Assembly (NCBI GenBank): GCA_965226195.1
Contig: OZ245333.1
Location: 2,087,127-2,151,126 of the forward strand
Direction of reading: 5' to 3'
DNA: 64,000 bases
Origin: Oligoflexales bacterium
Lineage (GTDB): Bacteria > Bdellovibrionota_B > Oligoflexia > Oligoflexales > JAPPIL01
How positions within the stretch are numbered: position 1 is the stretch's first letter; every line of letters starts with the position of its first letter. Both the position numbers and the translations under genes were made by a program. The notes beneath the pieces are model-generated. The model was given only the letters and a program-made list of their open reading frames with translations, had not been told where the DNA came from and did not search any database. Shown here piece after piece: positions 56,614-64,000 of this stretch.

Positions 56614-57263
56614 GCCGATGCCTCCTGTGCCGCGGGCTTGTTGCTGAGCCGTGTGATGATGACCTGCAACGCTGCAGCACTCAGAATCAAACTGTTGTGG
56701 GCAGCAATGTGCAAAGCGTTGATTTCACGTGGATCGATGACCGCGGTGCGATAGATATTGCGAGCTGATTTGTAGAGAAAGTCGTCTTTGCGGTCGTCAG
56801 ACAGCAGTGTTTTTTTCGTGCCAAAAGTTTGTAGCATAGCGCAGATTTTTTTGGTTTTGTATTCCTGCAGCGGAATGGCATCGACGACATGCAGGTTGCC
56901 GCTGCGAAAACGGTCGGAAAGCATGACTTTCAGTGCGAGGTTTCTCATCTTGCGGGGCAGTGTGCGTCGATATGAGCGCGGCTGAGGCCCATGCGAAATC
57001 GCTCCGCCACGCATCAGTGGTGAGCGGTTTGAGCCTTGGCGGGCATTGCCTGTGCCTTTTTGCCGAAAGGGTTTCTTGCCACCGCCGCTTACTAGTGCTC
57101 GTGTTTTGGTGGCGTGTGTGCCTTGCCTCTGGTTAGCTTGCAAATTGACGACAACTTCGTGAATCAAGCCGGGGTTGGGTTTGACTGCGAAGATGTCTGC
57201 CGCTAGTTCCAGTTTGCGCACTTCCGTGCCGTTGATGTCTTTGATGCTGACTGCGAGGCTCAT
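56610..57263 (-). CDS. rplD: 50S ribosomal protein L4 (uL4)
   Basis: QRQGTHATKTRALVSGGGKKPFRQKGTGNARQGS matches uL4. The ATG at 57263 overlaps the rplC TGA (ATGA). Confidence 0.93.
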   Translation of the reverse strand: MSLAVSIKDINGTEVRKLELAADIFAVKPNPGLIHEVVVNLQANQRQGTHATKTRALVSGGGKKPFRQKGTGNARQGSNRSPLMRGGAISHGPQPRSYRRTLPRKMRNLALKVMLSDRFRSGNLHVVDAIPLQEYKTKKICAMLQTFGTKKTLLSDDRKDDFLYKSARNIYRTAVIDPREINALHIAAHNSLILSAAALQVIITRLSNKPAAQEASA

Positions 57264-57940
57264 CGTTTCGCCTTGACTGCTGGTTTGAGAATGACAAAAC
57301 CACCACGCTGACCGGGCACTGCCCCCTTCACCGCGACGACGCACTGCTCGGTATCGACTGCCAACACCTTTAGATTTTGCACTGTGCGGTTGACGTTACC
57401 CATCTGTCCCGGCAGTTTCTTGTTCTTGAACACCCGTGCGGGTGAGGCACGGCCGCCCAGTGAGCCGGGACGGCGGTGAAAACGCGAGCCGTGTGTGCGT
57501 TTTCCCGTCTTGTGTCCCCAACGCTTGACTACACCCTGAAAACCACGCCCCTTGACAATACCCTGCACGTCGAGCAGTTTCACGTCCTTGAGCATATCGA
57601 CACTCAGCGCCGTACCGATACAATCGTCAGGCAGCGACTGGGCACTGCGAAACTCTTTGCAGTGGGCGAAGTTTTCGCTGATACCTGCCTTGCGCAGACG
57701 ACCATGATCGGGTTTGCGCAATTGCTTCTCTTTGCACTCATCATAGCCAATCTTGATAGCATCATACCCGTTGCGCTCGGCGTTCATAACGGCAATAATT
57801 CTCTGCGTCTCAACCTTAATCAGCGTCACTGCTGCCAACTCGCCTTCGTGCGGAATGCGAGTCATACCTGCCTTGCGCCCGATGAGTCCGTATAGCTCAG
57901 GTGTTTCTTCTGCTGCGGTTGTTTCTGCTGTGTCGTTCAT
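57260..57940 (-). CDS. rplC: 50S ribosomal protein L3 (uL3)
   Basis: [12 protein letters not shown]...[14 protein letters not shown] matches uL3, with a short acidic N-terminal extension. Confidence 0.93.
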   Translation of the reverse strand: MNDTAETTAAEETPELYGLIGRKAGMTRIPHEGELAAVTLIKVETQRIIAVMNAERNGYDAIKIGYDECKEKQLRKPDHGRLRKAGISENFAHCKEFRSAQSLPDDCIGTALSVDMLKDVKLLDVQGIVKGRGFQGVVKRWGHKTGKRTHGSRFHRRPGSLGGRASPARVFKNKKLPGQMGNVNRTVQNLKVLAVDTEQCVVAVKGAVPGQRGGFVILKPAVKAKR

Positions 57941-57948
57941 CTCTGCAT

Positions 57949-58266
57949 CTACTGTAGTTTGACTTCAACATCTACGCCAGAGGCAAGGTCGAGCTTCATC
58001 AGAGCATCGACTGTCTGCTGCTTGGGACTCAAGATGTCGAGCAAGCGCTTATGTACTCTAATCTCGAACTGCTCCCGTGACTTCTTATCGCCATGCGGAC
58101 TACGCAACACCGTATAGCGGCTGATTGCAGTCGGCAACGGAATCGGCCCCGCCACCCGAGCTCCCGTGCGCTTCGCACGCTCAACAATCTCCGCGGCAGA
58201 TTGATCGACCAAACTATGGTCGTAGCCCTTGAGCTTTATTCGTATTTTTTGGTTTTCCATGTCCAA
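57949..58266 (-). CDS. rpsJ: 30S ribosomal protein S10 (uS10)
   Basis: [23 protein letters not shown]...LPT...[18 protein letters not shown] matches uS10. Confidence 0.95.
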   Translation of the reverse strand: MDMENQKIRIKLKGYDHSLVDQSAAEIVERAKRTGARVAGPIPLPTAISRYTVLRSPHGDKKSREQFEIRVHKRLLDILSPKQQTVDALMKLDLASGVDVEVKLQ

Positions 58267-58381
58267 TTCAACATCACAACGCTAGTCATTAACGATAGCA
58301 CTGACCACGCAAAAAAAGAGAGATGGAACGGGCACGCCGCCCCAAGCCGCAACCTTCAAACGTGATGCAGGCGAAGGGCAG

Positions 58382-58410
58382 AATTTAGATAATTGTGTGA
58401 CGGCTGTCAA
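58382..58410 (-). promoter_or_regulatory. Candidate sigma-70 promoter of the S10 operon (TTGACA-N17-TAAATT)
   Basis: The reverse complement reads TTGACAGCCGTCACACAATTATCTAAATT, about 115 nt upstream of the rpsJ start. This rests on sequence pattern only. Confidence 0.4.
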
Positions 58411-58585
58411 CGGTTTTTTGGATTTTTTGTAAAAATAGACACTCTGCCCTGAAACACCCCCCATATCCATGCTCGCGATTTTAAGTGGCGGACAAAATAA
58501 AAAAAGTATTGAAAAAAGCCGCAGCAATCAGATATAAGCTCCAACTCACGCGTTTGATGAGCTGAATTGCCACGAGGATAGTAAG

Positions 58586-58882
58586 GTGGGACAGAGTAAA
58601 AAAACAGAACAGCTGACGATCGCAGCGACGCGGCGGGAGAAGACAGGCAAGGGTTATGCTCGCAAGCTGCGACGGGCGGAGCAATTACCGGGAGTGATTC
58701 TCGATCGCGGCAAAAGCACGGCGATTGAACTTGACCCAAAATTGCTGGGCAAGGTGTGGAAGAGTGGTAAGCGTTTTGTGCTGGAGTTGGATGGCGAAGC
58801 GCACAAGGCGCGGTTGCATGACGTGCAGATCGATGCGGTGAAACGCACACCGTTGCACGTTGACATCATGTATGAGCGGTGA
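58586..58882 (+). CDS. rplY: 50S ribosomal protein L25 (bL25, short form)
   Basis: 98-aa ORF: ...RREKTGKGYARKLRRAEQLPGVI...RTPLHVD, located upstream of pth. Confidence 0.8.
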   Translation: MGQSKKTEQLTIAATRREKTGKGYARKLRRAEQLPGVILDRGKSTAIELDPKLLGKVWKSGKRFVLELDGEAHKARLHDVQIDAVKRTPLHVDIMYER

Positions 58883-59466
58883 AGCTGCTCGTCGGGCTGG
58901 GTAATCCCACGCCGCACTACGCCTTTACCCGCCACAATGCAGGTTTTATCTGTCTCGACTTGCTGGCGACAGAGTATAGCCTGACGTGGACGGAGAAAAA
59001 AAAACTGCGGGCTTTGGTGGCGCAAGGTGAGGTATTTGGCACAAAGTGTCTTTTGCTGAAACCGCAGACATGGATGAACCATAGCGGTCAAGCGGTGGCC
59101 GCGGCGGTGAATTTTTTCCGCCTCATGCACGACGACGTGGTGGTCTTGTATGATGACCTCGACGTGCCCGCAGGACGAGTGAAGTGCAAGGACGCTGGCA
59201 GTAGCGGTGGACACAACGGCGTGCAGAGTGTCATTGATTGTCTGCACAGCCAAAATTTCCAGCGCATCAAGCTGGGGGTGGCACGTCCGCCAGAAGCGCA
59301 GCATTCGGGGGATGGGAGCGAGAAAGCGGCAAAAAGCAGACCCACGAGCGGAGAGGAGTGGGTGCTGGGAAAATTCAGTGCAGCTGAGCTGGAAGTTTTG
59401 CGCACAGAGATGTATGAACAGGTGCTGCTGCGGTTGCGGCAGATTTTCAGAGAAACGCAGGCTTAA
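58879..59466 (+). CDS. pth: Peptidyl-tRNA hydrolase with an apparent internal repeat-unit insertion
   Basis: KLLVGLGNPTPHYAFTRHNAGF and ...GGHNGVQS match Pth. The segment PPEAQHSGDGSEKAAKSRPTSGEE interrupts the usually short G.G.P....VL loop and contains the repeat core at 59315-59336. Confidence 0.9.
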   Translation: MKLLVGLGNPTPHYAFTRHNAGFICLDLLATEYSLTWTEKKKLRALVAQGEVFGTKCLLLKPQTWMNHSGQAVAAAVNFFRLMHDDVVVLYDDLDVPAGRVKCKDAGSSGGHNGVQSVIDCLHSQNFQRIKLGVARPPEAQHSGDGSEKAAKSRPTSGEEWVLGKFSAAELEVLRTEMYEQVLLRLRQIFRETQA

Positions 59467-59491
59467 GCCGCCTGCCAGTGGAGAAGATGCT

Positions 59492-60157
59492 ATGTTGAGA
59501 GATTACGAGTTCACGATGATTGTCAGACCAGACCTGTCGGAAGAAGGCATCGGTGCGGTGATGACACACTACGAGCAAAAAATTGCCGATAGCGACGGCA
59601 GTGTGCTCAGAAAAGACGCAGTGGGGACGAAACGCTTCTCCTACCCAATCAAGAGATGCTTCCGCGGTTACTACGTCAACTACGATATTTCCGCCGACCC
59701 GAAAGTGGTCAAAGACATGGAACATCAGATTCGTTTCGACGATAAGGTTTTGCGCCACCTCATTATCGGCATGGATCGGCGCAGGTCAGCTGCAGTGCGA
59801 AAAGAGATTGCCGCGGAACAAAAGCGCATCGCTGAAGCACAAGCCGAGTCCGCCGCTCGTCTCGGAGAAAGCAGTGTCTCGGCAACACCGCCCGACTCGG
59901 ACATGCCAGAGCTTAGTCAAGAAACGGTAATCGACAGCACCCCGCCCGTTGGAGAAGTTATGGAAAGCGATGTCACATTGCCCGCAAGTGGGGCTACTGA
60001 AACTGAAGCAGCAGCATCGCTCAATGCAAAAACGGTTGTAGACGGTGTGTCGCCCAACAGCGAGGATACGGTGGTCGATAAATCACCACCGCTAACGGAG
60101 GAAACAGTTATCGACAGTGTGCCGTCAGGCAGCGAAGAAGACGAGAAGGTGGAGTAA
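59492..60157 (+). CDS. rpsF: 30S ribosomal protein S6 (bS6) with a long acidic, internally repetitive C-terminal tail
   Basis: MLRDYEFTMIVRPDLSEE...KRFSYPIKR..RGYYVNYD matches bS6. The start is at the ATG at 59492. The tail of about 100 aa contains four xTV(I/V)Dxx(S/P)Pxx(S/T)E repeats. Confidence 0.9.
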   Translation: MLRDYEFTMIVRPDLSEEGIGAVMTHYEQKIADSDGSVLRKDAVGTKRFSYPIKRCFRGYYVNYDISADPKVVKDMEHQIRFDDKVLRHLIIGMDRRRSAAVRKEIAAEQKRIAEAQAESAARLGESSVSATPPDSDMPELSQETVIDSTPPVGEVMESDVTLPASGATETEAAASLNAKTVVDGVSPNSEDTVVDKSPPLTEETVIDSVPSGSEEDEKVE

Positions 60158-60180
60158 CAGAGCGAGTAGGGAGAGATGAG

Positions 60181-60624
60181 ATGCGAGTGATTCTTACGAA
60201 AGACGTTGCAGGATTGGGCAGCAGCGGGGCAGAGATAGTGGTGAAAGGCGGTTATGCCCGCAATTTTCTGTTGCCGTCACGTTTGGCAGTGTTGGCTAGC
60301 GGGAAAAACAAAGCAATCAACGAACATCATCGTCGAGTCATCGCCCGTCAACAGGAGAAGTTGCTAAACGCTGCGAAAGCTACCGCAGAACAACTCGGCA
60401 AATTGTCGCTCACTATCGCCCGGCAGGTAGGTGAAGGTGAGCGTATTTTTGGCACGGTAACCACGGGCGAGTTGGAAAAAATGATCAAAGCCGAAGGAAT
60501 TGAAGTTTCTCGCAAGGACATCGTGCTTGCTGAAGAAATCAAAAAGACAGGAATCTATGAAGCAGAGATAAAGCTGCACCCCCAACTTACAGCTAAATTC
60601 AAAATTTGGGTCGTGGCAGCTTGA
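60181..60624 (+). CDS. rplI: 50S ribosomal protein L9 (bL9)
   Basis: MRVILTKDVAGLGSSGAEIVVKGGYARNFLLP matches bL9. Confidence 0.93.
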   Translation: MRVILTKDVAGLGSSGAEIVVKGGYARNFLLPSRLAVLASGKNKAINEHHRRVIARQQEKLLNAAKATAEQLGKLSLTIARQVGEGERIFGTVTTGELEKMIKAEGIEVSRKDIVLAEEIKKTGIYEAEIKLHPQLTAKFKIWVVAA

Positions 60625-60639
60625 GGAGGTGGATAGAAC

Positions 60640-61968
60640 ATGTCCGCGGCTGTCCCTCCTCACTCGGTGGAAGCCGAGAAAGCGGTGCTTGGTGCGATTC
60701 TCAATGAACCCGCAACCTTCATCAACGTCTCCAACATTCTGCGCCAAGAACATTTTTATCTCGAAAAACATCAAGTAATCTACGCAGTCATCGCCGAACT
60801 TGATCGAGATGGCCGTGCCGCCGACGTTATTACCGTCGCAGAGTTGGCTGGTTATCGTGGGAAAATTTCGGTCGCCTACCTGTCGGAATTAGTGGACAGC
60901 TGCCCCGTAACGCTGCACATCGACCACTATGCCAATATTGTTAAGCAGTGCTCCGTGCGCCGTAAAATTATCAAGTGCTGCCAAGATGTCATCAAAAAAA
61001 CATTGCACTTCGACGGACGTGACGAAGAATTTTTAGAGCAAATTGAAAAAGAACTGCTGCAGGCAACCGAAGAACAGGAACAGCGTGGCCTGATTCCCGC
61101 GGGTGATATCATTGGAGCAGTAATGGATGAGTTGGAAAGCCGTATCGGGGCGGGAGACGAGCTGACAGGTGTGCCAACTGGCTTCAAGGATATCGATGCA
61201 GTAACAGGCGGATGGCAAGCGAGCGATTTGATAATTCTCGCGGCACGGCCGGGTATGGGCAAGACTGCAATGGCATTAAACTGGGCAGTATCAGCAGCAC
61301 GCAAGGGTGTCCCCACCGCGGTGTTCTCGTTGGAGATGTCAAGAAATCAGTTGGTCATGCGTTTGTTGGCATCGGAAGCAAAAATCGATGCGGCTAAAAT
61401 GCGTCGCGGCAATTTAAACGAAGGCGAGCAAGACATGCTGATGCAAGGCATGCGTCAGTTGAACGATTTACCTGCACAGCTCAGCATCGACGATACCCCC
61501 GCGATTACCATGATGGAATTGCGCTCGCGCTGTCGGCGTTTCAAACGTGAACATGGACTTGGTTTAATTGTCATCGACTACTTGCAGTTGGTCGGTCGCA
61601 ATGTCGAGACCCGCTACGAAAACCGTGAGCGGGAAATTTCGGAAATTTCCCGCAGCTTGAAAGCGTTGGCAAAAGAATTAAGCGTGCCCGTCATCTCGTT
61701 AGCACAGCTGAACCGCGCCCCCGATGCACGCCCCGATAAACGCCCGCGCATGAGTGATTTGCGCGAATCAGGTTCGATGGAACAAGATGCCGACCTCGTG
61801 CTGTTTATTTACCGTGACGAATACTATCACAAGTCTTCCGAAGAAGCAGGCAAAGCAGAAGTCATCATCGGCAAAAACCGACACGGGCCGATGGAAACGA
61901 TTGAACTCGCTTTCCTCGCCAACTACGTGTCCTTTCACACCCTCGACACGACTGAGTTTCATCAGTGA
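60640..61968 (+). CDS. dnaB: Replicative DNA helicase DnaB
   Basis: PPHSVEAEKAVLGAIL, Walker A ARPGMGKTA, and the IVIDYLQL and SGSMEQDADLV motifs. Confidence 0.95.
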   Translation: MSAAVPPHSVEAEKAVLGAILNEPATFINVSNILRQEHFYLEKHQVIYAVIAELDRDGRAADVITVAELAGYRGKISVAYLSELVDSCPVTLHIDHYANIVKQCSVRRKIIKCCQDVIKKTLHFDGRDEEFLEQIEKELLQATEEQEQRGLIPAGDIIGAVMDELESRIGAGDELTGVPTGFKDIDAVTGGWQASDLIILAARPGMGKTAMALNWAVSAARKGVPTAVFSLEMSRNQLVMRLLASEAKIDAAKMRRGNLNEGEQDMLMQGMRQLNDLPAQLSIDDTPAITMMELRSRCRRFKREHGLGLIVIDYLQLVGRNVETRYENREREISEISRSLKALAKELSVPVISLAQLNRAPDARPDKRPRMSDLRESGSMEQDADLVLFIYRDEYYHKSSEEAGKAEVIIGKNRHGPMETIELAFLANYVSFHTLDTTEFHQ

Positions 61969-62161
61969 AACAACTGCTGCTGTGAAATGAGAGAGAGAGT
62001 ACCTTGATATTTCACAAGGAAACTTAAACAATGTAAAAATTTTATATCTAAAACTGTTAATACTATGTCTACTGCTTACATTCGGTGTGGCAAATTTCTG
62101 CGCAGGAGACAAGCAATACAACATTGTTTGGTTGCACACAGCCTCCTCCCTAGCAAATACC

Positions 62162-62929
62162 CTAGTGTAATCTCAAGGCATTTTCGTTAACTTTAAGTTG
62201 TAAGAAATCAGCTATACTAGTTATGATAACGCGCAAGTCTGTTTTGTTTCCCAAACTAGTCATAGCATGAAAATCAGAACTAAAAATATCGTTCCAATGT
62301 TTATCCGTAATTACATCACGGTTGTGATAGGAGGCTACCTGACAGCCATGAAAACCGCAGGTCTGAGAAGCTGAAGTCGGGATGGTGCGCGGTGCTTTAT
62401 CACCGATAGCTCGCTTTGCCTTCTTCTCATTCCCGGAATGTCCTTGGAGTGCTTTCTCCGCCTTTTTGTTGCTTATGATAGTTAGAGGAACATAAATGGG
62501 AGCAAGAATGCCCATTGTAAGTATAGTTCCAAGAACATATACCCTTGCCGCGGCAACATGCTGCCTATAGAGAACATGGTACTGCAGAGGCGAAAGGTGA
62601 ACTAGCCTGACTTCTACCGCGGCAGACAAATGAACTTTATCTTGACCTGCAAGATACTTTTTGCCGACAATATCAACTTCCTCTCCAGTCGTCGTCAATA
62701 AAGCACTGCGGCAAACACTGTTGTCAACAAACACACCCGCGCTGTATTCTGACAGATACTTGCAAACTAATAGACGATAACGTTGGTATTTTGCCACCTC
62801 CCCTCCTGCAACTGGGACAATTCCCAACACCAGGTCACCGTTGGTAACCGAAGCTGTAAGAGCGCTGGGCTCTCGTCCGCAAGAGAGCATAACTACCCAT
62901 AGCAACAGTACTTTTCTATAAATAAACAT
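62162..62929 (-). CDS. Hypothetical lipoprotein (AT-richer gene)
   Basis: MFIYRKVLLLWVVMLSCG lipobox-like N-terminus. No recognised domain. Confidence 0.45.
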   Translation of the reverse strand: MFIYRKVLLLWVVMLSCGREPSALTASVTNGDLVLGIVPVAGGEVAKYQRYRLLVCKYLSEYSAGVFVDNSVCRSALLTTTGEEVDIVGKKYLAGQDKVHLSAAVEVRLVHLSPLQYHVLYRQHVAAARVYVLGTILTMGILAPIYVPLTIISNKKAEKALQGHSGNEKKAKRAIGDKAPRTIPTSASQTCGFHGCQVASYHNRDVITDKHWNDIFSSDFHAMTSLGNKTDLRVIITSIADFLQLKVNENALRLH

Positions 62930-63403
62930 ATTTTATATCCTTTAATAAAATAGTAAGTATTATCATCTCGCTCAATATAAAAATTTTTCAACAATTTGTC
63001 AAGTTAAAGATGATAAGATACTTAATAATCAGGGGTTATGCAGAGATTAAAACTCTGGAAGGTACCTTTTGGTTAACCCATCGTCCTCACGCAACTTCTT
63101 CAACCTTGCCCCTTCAATAATGCACCAGCGCTAGAGTACTTCCTGCTCAAGTCAGCGAACACACTTTCCGCTCAATCACCCACTTCAAACTCCTCGCTCA
63201 GAACATGCAGAGCCAGTCTAATTTTTTTAAGCAAGAGCTAATTGTTACTTTAGTCACTTTCCCTGTCTGCAATACCTGCCACATGATTCTATTGCGTATT
63301 ATTTTTTTGCTACTCTACCCCAATGTGAGGAGAAATTTAAGCCAAAACTTGACAGAGAGATACATAATCATGTAGCTGATTTGGACAACAATTGAGGTAT
63401 GGT

Positions 63404-64000
63404 GTGCTACGGCTGTTGTTATTGATACTGTGTTGTCTGACATGGCAAGCGGGTGCAGAGCCTTGGTTGGGCATTAGGTTTGCCCAGAACTGTGCTGGTT
63501 GTCATGCGCCGGGGCGGATTAACTTGCCGCCGATGGATCGTCGCTGCACGTTGTCATGTCAGGGTTGCCACGTTAACCCCAACGGGGGTGGATTGCGTAA
63601 TTTTTATGGCAAGTGGAACGAAAATCGCTGGTTGCGTTCTTTTGTCATCGAAGCTTTGCGACCTGCTTCTTCTTTTGCCCCCGTCAACAAGCAGCACTAT
63701 CGCACAGCTTTGTCGCCTACTGCAGATAACAAGAAGAGGATTCGCAAAAAGGGACATCCCTTAGTTGTCGCACCGCAGCAGCTGTTGGTGGATGAAAAAC
63801 CTTATGCTCGCGATGGTTTGGAATTCAAGACGGCGCGGGATGATTTTCAGTTTTTGCAGCAGATTCCGCAAGAAGACCCTTATCGCCTGCATGATGCCAG
63901 CAAAATCGATGGCGGCGCGGAATTGCGCTATCAGTATTTGACTAAGCTTAACAAATCGACTAAGCCGCTGTCGTTTTTGATGTCTGCTGATGTCGGCTTA
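63404..64000 (+). CDS. Putative c-type cytochrome-like secreted protein, two CxxCH motifs (partial, runs off the window)
   Basis: Absent from the ORF track because there is no stop in the window. The frame is open from 63380 to 64000, and a GTG at 63404 is preceded by GAGG. It translates VLRLLLLILCCLTWQAGAEPWLGIRFAQNCAGCHAPGRINLPPMDRRCTLSCQGCHVNPNGGG... Confidence 0.55.
   Translation, partial: MLRLLLLILCCLTWQAGAEPWLGIRFAQNCAGCHAPGRINLPPMDRRCTLSCQGCHVNPNGGGLRNFYGKWNENRWLRSFVIEALRPASSFAPVNKQHYRTALSPTADNKKRIRKKGHPLVVAPQQLLVDEKPYARDGLEFKTARDDFQFLQQIPQEDPYRLHDASKIDGGAELRYQYLTKLNKSTKPLSFLMSADVGL

Noticed and set aside
63453-63764. 103-aa ORF from the track
   Set aside because: The overlapping frame starting at 63404 has a signal peptide, two CxxCH motifs and stays open to the window end. 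The track ORF is the wrong frame.

Overview
This is a 64-kb chromosomal window from a Gram-negative-type bacterium; kdsB, a TolQ/ExbB-like gene, many lipobox lipoproteins and an outer-membrane-barrel-like protein support that. GC looks mid-range by eye, and the lineage cannot be fixed from sequence alone. The core content is as follows. livG-livF lie at the left edge. A large (~115 kDa class) NAD-glutamate dehydrogenase, a GCS2-type glutamate-cysteine ligase and an orphan TolQ/ExbB-like gene follow. Then come tRNA-Gly(GCC), ssb, prfB with its classic +1 frameshift site, a HIT protein, a ManA-like isomerase, a YjfI-like/PspA pair, kdsB, an M16 peptidase/ureohydrolase operon, tRNA-Asp(GUC) and purC. 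An almost complete S10-spc-alpha ribosomal superoperon sits on the minus strand (44.3-58.3 kb), followed by rplY-pth-rpsF-rplI-dnaB on the plus strand. No rRNA, CRISPR/cas, integrase or transposase was recognised. Five things are worth a second look. (1) A genome-specific short repeat family (core CTCTTTGCCGCTTTCTAGCTCC, 27/28-nt units) occurs at 14 or more loci. It forms pure tandem arrays in intergenic DNA and apparently sits in frame inside conserved genes (rpsQ, rplR, pth, a YjfI-like gene), using all three reading frames. (2) A visibly AT-richer ~6-kb insertion follows livF and is bounded by a decayed second copy of the livF 3' end. It encodes a signal-peptide S8 subtilase whose C-terminal third is about 6 tandem copies of a sigma-54 RpoN-box/HTH-like module, plus two secreted hypothetical proteins. 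(3) rplX (uL24) is absent between rplN and rplE, and rpsR is absent between rpsF and rplI. (4) A lipoprotein gene is interrupted by a single in-frame TAA. (5) A ~215-bp near-identical duplicated non-coding element occurs twice, one copy directly after tRNA-Gly. All functional calls come from reading ORF translations and motifs by eye; no searches were run.
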